Assembly (NCBI GenBank): GCA_964016885.1
Contig: OZ024742.1
Span: 66,960,001-67,024,000, forward strand
DNA: 64,000 nucleotides
Reading direction: 5' to 3'
Source of the DNA: Eledone cirrhosa
Taxonomy: Eukaryota
Part shown: piece by piece, positions 55,089-64,000 of the stretch
How the letters are laid out: every line of letters begins with the position of its first letter
How positions within the stretch are numbered: the first letter of the stretch is position 1
Notes under the pieces: model-generated
Told to the model about the DNA's origin: nothing
Database searches by the model: none
Seen by the model: only the letters and a program-made list of their open reading frames with translations
Program-made: the position numbers and the translations under genes

Positions 55089-58000
55089 GCATAGTTATTT
55101 TACTAAGGTCATCTGAGGTCAATCCTGTAAAACCAGAGGCTATAAATTTTATTTATCGCTACATATATGTTGAGGATAAAAAACTACTAAGGTGAATGTT
55201 AATAGAGTAAACATTACGTCCTTAACCGATTTTTGAATCCTCGCGTTAGTCATCTGAGAATGCATGTATTTTACTTTGTATGTTACATACGAAATTCTTA
55301 AGAAGCATAATCAATTTAACACTTGATCTCAGTGATCGAGTAGACTAATTATCACAGTCATTTCACATCGCTTTGCTTTATCTAGCTCTTGCATTGCCCG
55401 ATGTATTTCTTACTTTAATTTGTCATAGATAAATGTCTGATTCCTCTGATATTATGGCTGTTATTCCTAGGAAATCAATCGACTACTTAAATCTCCCACG
55501 AATGTGATGTTGTATATATAATTTTGAAGGGCTAATGGGACTGTGTTTCCATATGAATTATTTACATATCTGTCAAATGAAAAGGAATATTATACTTCAA
55601 CATTGCTAGAAGTTTCTTGTTTGATTTTACCAAATTATGAAGATATCAAACGTTGAGTAAATTTTGATTTTCAAAGAATGTTTGTTTGGGTGAGTCCACC
55701 ACACTTCATTCTTCCCTTGGAGTTTACAATATTTTACTCATCCGAATCGACGAGATATTGTGAATAGAGCTACATAGTGAAGCGGTTTACTAGAAATCTC
55801 AGCTTCTCTTGAAATTAGTCACTATTGCTTTAGATAGACTTACTATGTATACTAAATTATTCTAAGAGAAACCTGCATGGTCATGGCTGACATAATATCT
55901 TGCTTCATATAATATTGCCAAATAACAGCGATAACAACTCTAAACCCCCACCTTCTTGCTACGGAAACACACATGGACACATTTCACATGTTTTACTGTA
56001 TCATCTTTGTCAATCTCTTTGTTGTTATTTAGTGTAGTCGACGTTTGCACATACAAACCTCTGATCAGAAATAATATTCAGCATATAATATATATTGATT
56101 TTAGTACTATCATGGCAAGGGGGCTATATTTAGCTGATTTAGTTTGTTGCCGTTGCTTGTGATGTATGTATTTTTTCTTAGATCAATTTGAAGATGCTGC
56201 ATGATTTCCTTTTAGCTGCTATATATTTTGTTTTGTATTTCTGGTTCATTCAAGTGCTTTTGATTTACATGTTGTTAATGAATACAGTTACAGAGCAAAT
56301 ATGGATATTTCTCTAAATCTAGGTTTTCATGATCCAGTATAACCATTTATACGAAAATAGTAAGTTAACTCTTTATATAAATATATTTCATTTGGACGCT
56401 TGAATATCTTTGGGCAGTCATTTGCATGTAAGTCTAGGCACAGATTGGAACATTTCTGAAATACCTTCGAATAGGTGCAAATATTCAGCAAATTTTAAAA
56501 TTACTACATTTAACATGCGCTTAAAATTTCCCAACAAGTGGTCAGATGCCTCGTATTGTAGGACAATACCGATGAGCCATTCATCAGATATATTGATGGG
56601 ACATTGGAAGGTCTTGATAAACACACAAACATGGGAATATATAAGCACGTTATCACTTATTAAAATGTATATAACTGGTCAGAATATGACAGAAGATACA
56701 TACGGAAGTAGATACAAGTATCTACGCTCCATAACACTCTTACACGACCATATGGTGCATTTAATCTGTTCCCCTTAGTTGAATAAAAGCCACGTGTCTT
56801 TCTATTATTTGCATTAAAATAGAGGCCACATCTAAGGTGAAAGCCACTATCGTTCTTTCTGATTAAGCGGTAACATGAAATACACAGCATAACTGCGATG
56901 AGGGAAAAGGCGTTTATTAAAAGTTATATTGAATAAAACATTCAGAATTTTAATAATATAGAAGGTAAATATCACAGGCTTTGAGCATTTCTGGATCCAT
57001 ACAGCACATTGTATCAGCAAAATATATTTTGAGACACAGTAGTAATTTGTTTCTGAATACAGATTGCAATTAAATTTCAACAGCTTTATAAAAATTCTAT
57101 ATAAGGCTCGCATGAATCTCCACGTCCTCCGATATGCCTTCAGTAGCACACTACTATCTAGGCAACATAGTTTATTGCCGCGCTGTACAAAGTCACTCCA
57201 TAATCCCGTCTCATTTCACTATACGTAATTCCTATAGTACACGAAACCTATTATACTTATTGCTACATAACACTCAGCTCAAGTAGTCAGTGCCAGTCCT
57301 CGAATTTCCTCAATCAGCCTATGTTCTCAAATTCTTTCAATCAGAGCACATGCTATGATGCCCTCAACCATATTATATTCAACATATGTGCGATTTGCTA
57401 CAAAAACGACCACTGCATCCTACATTTCCCTCACATTTTCCATGCTGCTATTATAAACGCAACACATGTACTCAATATCATATTACCATCCATACACCGT
57501 GACCTATCCTCGAAAAATTCTTCCATTATTGCGACATTTCACCCAAGACGTCGAATTTCTACACTCAACATATTCACAACCACAATATAACACACTTAAT
57601 ATGTGTCTTCCTCACTAGATTCACACTCAGCATGGCTTCATATTCATAATACATCTCAAACGTGTTCAAATTGTAACATAAAACATAATATACTCACTGC
57701 AGTACTATATATAACGCCTTAAAAAGTCATTACTAACACAGTGCAAATCTACACAACCACATAATACATCCTCAGTATTATACTACACCAAACACGTACT
57801 ATCTGCAATATGCTACAATATAGTAACCCCACTTCCTCACCGCACCAACGTTTTATAAATGCCATATTAATCATCATCAACATCATCACCATCATCATCG
57901 ACATCATCATCACTAACCGCACTATTCTACGGCCCTTTTCGTTGCGGTCATGGGAAAGAAGAACATTAAATCACAGGACTATACAACCCAAATCTTTCCT

Positions 58001-58350
58001 TTTATTACAGACAACAGTGAAGGCCCGTCGCTTATTGGTTAGGTTATTCGGATTACGATAGTAAGACACTGAGCTGCATTCTGTGTCACATAGGATCTCC
58101 CTGAGAACTAAGTTAAGGATCAGGGTGAATGGGGAATGCTTAGTAATTTGCACCTTAATTTTACGTGCAAGTATTTCCATTGATTATATCAACTACAGCC
58201 CTGGCAGTCCCACCAGGAGAATACCTTTTATCTATCCTTACTTCATACATGATTGAATAGCGTCTAATATATACAAGACATCATGTCGTCCTGACCGAGT
58301 TTGTGTGGAAATAGTGTATATTTTGATGTACACACACACATACACACACA

Positions 58351-58430
<80 letters not shown>

Positions 58431-58433
<3 letters not shown>

Positions 58434-60320
58434 CTTTGATAAATTTGATAGGTTTCGGCAAGTATTGGCCCAGGCCATGTCTAACTTAATAGCACCACCT
58501 GGCGAAGTCTTACTCGAGTAGAGAGTTATTGTTTATGGAGGCATATCCGAGTGTAGGAGGCTTATCCGGGATTTCTTGAAGGAATTTATCCAAACATTTC
58601 TTGAACTTGATGGGGTCTGTCTCTGTTTTGATGTGTCCTGGTGTAATGTTAAAGAGTGCAGGGCCAATTGAGGTGAAATAATTGTGCCGTATTGTTGTTA
58701 TGTGATGCGAGTGAGATTGCTGTCGTGGGCGGATAGCACGGGGCCCATGCCTTGGGTGTACATTAAAGGTGATACCAACATCATTTGGGCAAAGCTGATG
58801 GAATATTTTCCACATCATACAGATAATGTAGCGCTCACGGCGACGTTGGAGAGAATACAGTTTGAGCTTTTCTAATCGACTCCAATAGTCAAGGCCTGTC
58901 ATGCCATCTATCTTTTTTGTGATTGACCTTTGGGTTGCTTCAACTTTCATGATACTTTGTTTCGTGTGGGGTGACCACCGTGGACAACAGTATTCAAGGT
59001 GTGGTCGGGAAAAAGAGGAGAAGAGAAGGATAACAATATGGATATCTCTCGATTGGAAAGTTCTAAGAATCCAGCAACACATTCTGCGGGCCATATCAAC
59101 TTTGCCCAGCTTATGTTGTGTCCACAATTACTCCCAGTTCTCTGATGTTATGGGATGCCACTAGAGCTTCACCTGAAGGAAGAGAGTATGGTAGTTTTAG
59201 GGCATCCTTTTTTCCAAAGTGGATTAATTCAAATTTATCCTCATTCAACATCATATTATTCATCTCTGCCCATTGGATAACAGCCAGTAGGTCTGACTGA
59301 AGGCAAGTCCGGTCACCTAACTCATTGATGACCCTTTGGAGCTTGGAACCGTCTGGGAAGATTCTGATGTAGCTGTGCTTGATTATGTCAGTAATGTCAT
59401 TAATGTAGATGATGAAAAGAAGTGGGCCCAACACAGTGCCTTGTGGGACGCCACTGCTGACTTTGGCAGGACTTGATTTTACTCCTTCGAATACATGCTG
59501 GGTTCTGCCTGTCAGGAAACATTTCATCCACTGTAATAACCTTCCAGAGACACCGACACTGGATAGTTTTTTCAGTAAGATCTTATGATCAACCCTGTCG
59601 AAGGCCTTGCTGAAGTCATGGTAGATGACATCAGTATTGGAGCCGTCTCGCAAGGCTCTCAAAACATCGTCAAAGTGATGCAGGAGCTGCGTTAGACAGT
59701 CCCTTCCATTACGGAACCCATGTTGGTTGGAGTTCAGCAGGCCGTTGATTTCAAGAAAGTGGGTTATTCGTGATCTCACCACCATCTCAAATACCTTGAT
59801 AATATGAGAGGTGAGTGAGATCGGACTGTAGTTCACTGCAAGGGACTTATTTCCCTTTTTGAAGACTGGGACAACAGACTGGGACAGAAAGTTTTCAGGA
59901 ATATAGCCAGTGTCCAGTGAATTCCTCCACAGATTAGCAAGAGGAGATGCAAGTTTGTGTCAACACACCTTAAGGACACAAGCATGGAACCTGTCAGGGT
60001 CTACTGCTGAATTGTGTTTAATTTCGTTTATTGCCGCAAAGATATCAGGGGCGCCAAACGTTATGTCTGATAATGTGTGTTGGGGTTTAACATCACTGAT
60101 ATGGCCCAGATCGGCCATATCAGGATTGCTGAAAACAGAGCAGTATTGTTACTGCAGTATCTCGCCCATGGTTTTGGCAATGTCCTGGAGTGTGACATGT
60201 TCGTCAAGTAGGGGGCCAACAGTGGAGACGGTGACCTTGTGTTTTTTAGCAAATGAAAAGAACACTTTGGGGTTGAGTTTGATTTTCTCAATGGCCCACC
60301 TTTCTTCAGCTATTCTCTGG
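58431..60320 (-). pseudogene. 5'-truncated CR1-group LINE (RT plus C-terminus)
   Basis: NYSPISLTS, QHGFR, DFSKAFDRVDH, GVPQGTVLGPLLF..YINDI, FPDG (mutated FADD), HLEYCC..WSPH, SLQRRRERY; frameshifts; atcaaa-repeat 3' tail. Confidence 0.93.
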
Positions 60321-60483
60321 TAATTGATGATGGTCATCCTGCATTGCTGGAAGTTATATATATATGTATATATATATATATGAATATATACAGACACACA
60401 CACAGATATATATATATATTTATATATCGGTACATATATATCGATACACACGCATATATATATATGTATATGCGTGAGTGTGT

Positions 60484-60558
<75 letters not shown>

Positions 60559-61043
60559 TGTGTATGTGTGTGTGTGTGTGTAGTGTGTAGTGTGGTGTGT
60601 GTGTGAACGAGACTAATTTTACATGGATATATGCGTATAAAAAAAAAATGAATTTCTTAATAACAGTGCTCTTGTCCGTTCCATATTGGTTTCCTACTTA
60701 TGAATGATTCTAATGAAGCAGACCAATCACTTTAAACCTATTACTTTATATCGCATGACTTTCATCCTCCTCCATCAATTCTCATGTGCTACCTCCATCA
60801 CAAACGTATCTACAATCATACCTTTTCCTTCATTACAGGGTGCAGTCAATGTTTTTACGCCATATTTCATATTTTTTTGCATAGTTTGACACGACGTGAA
60901 ACACCTCCACAACCATGATTTAATGTAAGTATTATTAACGGAATCTATTTAACAGTTTATCCCGTTATATCAAATGCCAAATCTTTCGAGGGAGCTGTAT
61001 TAAACATAACATTCCTTAAACCTGGAAATTACTATATCAAACA

Positions 61044-61086
<43 letters not shown>

Positions 61087-61108
61087 GTGTGTGTGTGTGT
61101 GTGTGTGC

Positions 61109-61245
<137 letters not shown>

Positions 61246-63095
61246 TGTGTATCAAACGGTTGTGCCATGTAGAATATGTCTGTACACCATACTCTGATTA
61301 AATATGTTAAATACAAACAGAAAATGTATCTACTGAATTTTAATAGCACAGCCTAGCGTATGAGATATGTCCATCCGTAAACGTTTTACAGCATTGCAAA
61401 ATAAATCCTGTAGATATCTGTAGAATACTAGATTTAAGTATGAGGATATCCATTAAGTTATTAAAGCTGTTTCGGAAACTATTTTAAACGCCCTCATTGC
61501 TTTTTTTTTTTTTTATCAAATAGAACCAGTGGCAGGAATTTCATCAGATATTAGGTAGATGATTGTATTGAAGAGTGTCAGCTATTTAGTCAACCAACTA
61601 TAGTGCGATTTGTCTTTTGGTCGTTTAATGACTGGAAATCTTTGGTGATTAGAATCCCTTAAACAACAGCAGATTAACAGCTACTAATTACCTTCATTTA
61701 AATCGTTGTTAAACACCAACTATTAAACCAGCTATTCATCACAAATATAACTAAACTACCGTTAATTACCTGCACATGAACAAGAACTAGCTCCAGTCCT
61801 TAAAAGGAACGTATTAACACCATTTAAACTACCAGTAATTCGCAACCAATGTAGGCGCTCTATATTATGAAGTGTTAAGATTTGTATGTCTCTATGATTA
61901 ATAGAGCCATAAATTTAAAATAAAGCTTCACATCTTATATAATGTCCTTCTAAGAGTTGATGCCAGGAAATGCACACACTATAAACGTTGAAATCTTTCA
62001 TGTTTGAACATCATAAATCTATGTCGAATTTGAAACAATTTAAGGTATGGTGTCAACACTATGATGCAGAAACCTCCACATATGTATATCTATTTCTCCA
62101 AGTTATGTTGATTATGTTTCTTGCAATAAAGCGTTGAATATTAATTTTCCTGATTTCATTTAAATACCGTTAAACTTCATAGTCGGTAACCTTGAAAATA
62201 TACAATAAACATGGAGAACAATCACGTCATTATTTCCTGTTGATATTATTTCCTGGTGATACGCAGAAAAAATCAGATGAAAAAGGGGATTTTCTATATA
62301 ATTAGATTAGTGTATATAGAACATACAAAAGCACAAAGAAATGTATCAAATATCCTGCTACCTGAAAGATAATTCCTAAACAAGAATGTGATATGAAACA
62401 GATAATATATATATAGTTTTATTTTATTTTATTCGAACTCGAATAGGTCATATGTTATGAATTTAAGATAAATAATAGGTAAATAAAAATATAAATAACA
62501 TACTTAAATGTGAACATTAACCTAATCTAAAAGCAGGAAAATAAACGTGACATAAAAGCGAAAAGTGTAAGGAGAAGAGAAAAATCAATACAGATTCCAA
62601 TGATTTTTTGTTCTGAATGACTAAAATAATGGGACTATAAGTTCGGTGCATAAAATATTAATAAATGTGCGCTGATGTTCAACAAAAATGGACGTTTATT
62701 GGAACGGTTGTAAATCGGAAGAGAAATCATTCAAAGTTAATAGACATTAGAGGATAGAGACTTCAATGATTCTAACATAGAGAAACGGCAACAACCGAAA
62801 GCTAGGAAATACAAATCAATGAAGAAAATTTGTTAAAGAATTGTATGAAGCTTCTCGATTTACTGTATCATAATTTCAATTGAATAAACGTGGATACACA
62901 TAAACACACACATACACACACTCAGAAGAGAGAGGGAGAGAGCACACACACATTCACACATACACAAACACATACACCCACATATATATACAAATATACA
63001 CAAATCTTTCAATACCCTAAAGACTCTGAATATATTTGGGCACCCCCCTCCACACACGCACACATGCATACATACATACATGCATACATACATAC

Positions 63096-63163
<68 letters not shown>

Positions 63164-63435
63164 GGAAAGGAATGAAACGAAATTTCATTTCTCACTCTTA
63201 GTACGGTTGATACTTAAATATCAGTATGTATACGTACATACATATATGTATACAGACGTACAGTAGTATGTATATATATATATATATACATACATGCACA
63301 CATATATATATATGTACGTATGGGTTTACCGAACATTTATTATAATGTTCGGTTTGTTTGTAAACAAACAGCACGAATTAAACCGTAGAGTGTTCGGCAA
63401 CCCTCGTTGCCCTTTTGTTCAACACTGAGAAAGGA

Positions 63436-63478
63436 ACGATGATCTAGTTTCAGGCCTATTAGCTATCGTCAGCATCGT
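63436..63478 (-). ncRNA. Minimal HHR (family I, cleavage site mutated)
   Basis: Reverse complement: acgatg CTGACGA tagctaataggcct GAAA CTAG AT catcgt. Confidence 0.65.
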
Positions 63479-63864
63479 ATACCTTCCTGTCAGATGATTG
63501 AACGTTTGAAAGTATATACTCTCCTTATGCATATTAACGGCTGAGCAGTCTAATTTGCACATCGAGTGAGTTAGTCGGAGAGGCGTACCGAAAACAATAA
63601 ATGGAAAAGAATGAAACGAAATTTCATTTCTCACATACTACTGTACGTCTGTATGCATATATGTATGTACGTATACATACTGATATTTAAGTATCAGCCG
63701 TACTAAGAGTGAGACATGAAATTTCGTTTCATTCTTTTCCATTTATCGTTTTCGGTACGACCGGCCGACTAACACACTCAATATGCAAATTAGGCTGCTC
63801 AGCCGTTAATATGCATAAGGAAAGTATATACTTTCAAACGTTCAATCATCTGACAGGAGGGAAT

Positions 63865-63907
63865 ACGATGCTGACGATAGATAATAAGCTTGAAACTAGT
63901 TCATCGT
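63865..63907 (+). ncRNA. Minimal type I hammerhead ribozyme (family I)
   Basis: acgatg CTGACGA tagataataagctt GAAA CTAG TT catcgt. Confidence 0.82.
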
Positions 63908-64000
63908 TCCTTTGTCAGTGTTGAACAAAAGGGCAACGATGGTTGCCGAACACTGTACGGCGTAATTCGGGCTGTTTGTTTACAAACAAATCGAACATTA

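Larger units (their letters stand above)
63161..64000. mobile_element. Family I: 439 bp terminally redundant monomer plus an inverted, permuted copy (runs off the window)
   Basis: aatggaaa.gaatgaaacgaaatttcatttctcac at 63161 and 63600; orientation flips near 63635. Confidence 0.9.

Noticed and set aside
56410-58230. RTE-like traces (FKITTFNMR; SPFTLILNLVLR)
   Set aside because: Isolated short motifs only

Overview
AT-rich, microsatellite-dense eukaryotic DNA with no host protein-coding gene that I can support. It is most likely from an octopod cephalopod, inferred from the tRNA-derived SINE family. Most ORF-track entries are (TA)n/(CA)n/(GA)n artefacts. The window is a pile of transposable-element remains: about 10 SINEs, fragments of R4/Dong-, CRE-, L1/Tx1- and CR1-type LINEs, two Helitrons, a TcMar-m44/Sailor-like DNA transposon, and two Naiad-clade Penelope-like element (PLE) fragments (RT, and thumb-linker-GIY-YIG). 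The main signal is that about ten unrelated non-coding element families, nearly all sitting in (TA)n tracts, carry type I hammerhead ribozyme (HHR) motifs, whole or half. They occur (i) as terminally redundant 439-522 nt monomers resembling retrozymes, (ii) as asymmetric fold-back palindromes, often centred on HHR stem II, and (iii) as a 4.3 kb inverted repeat with one outward-pointing HHR per arm. I infer a ribozyme-based, TA-targeted non-autonomous retroelement system mobilised by Naiad PLEs. All calls were made by eye without database searches; family letters are my own labels and element boundaries are approximate.
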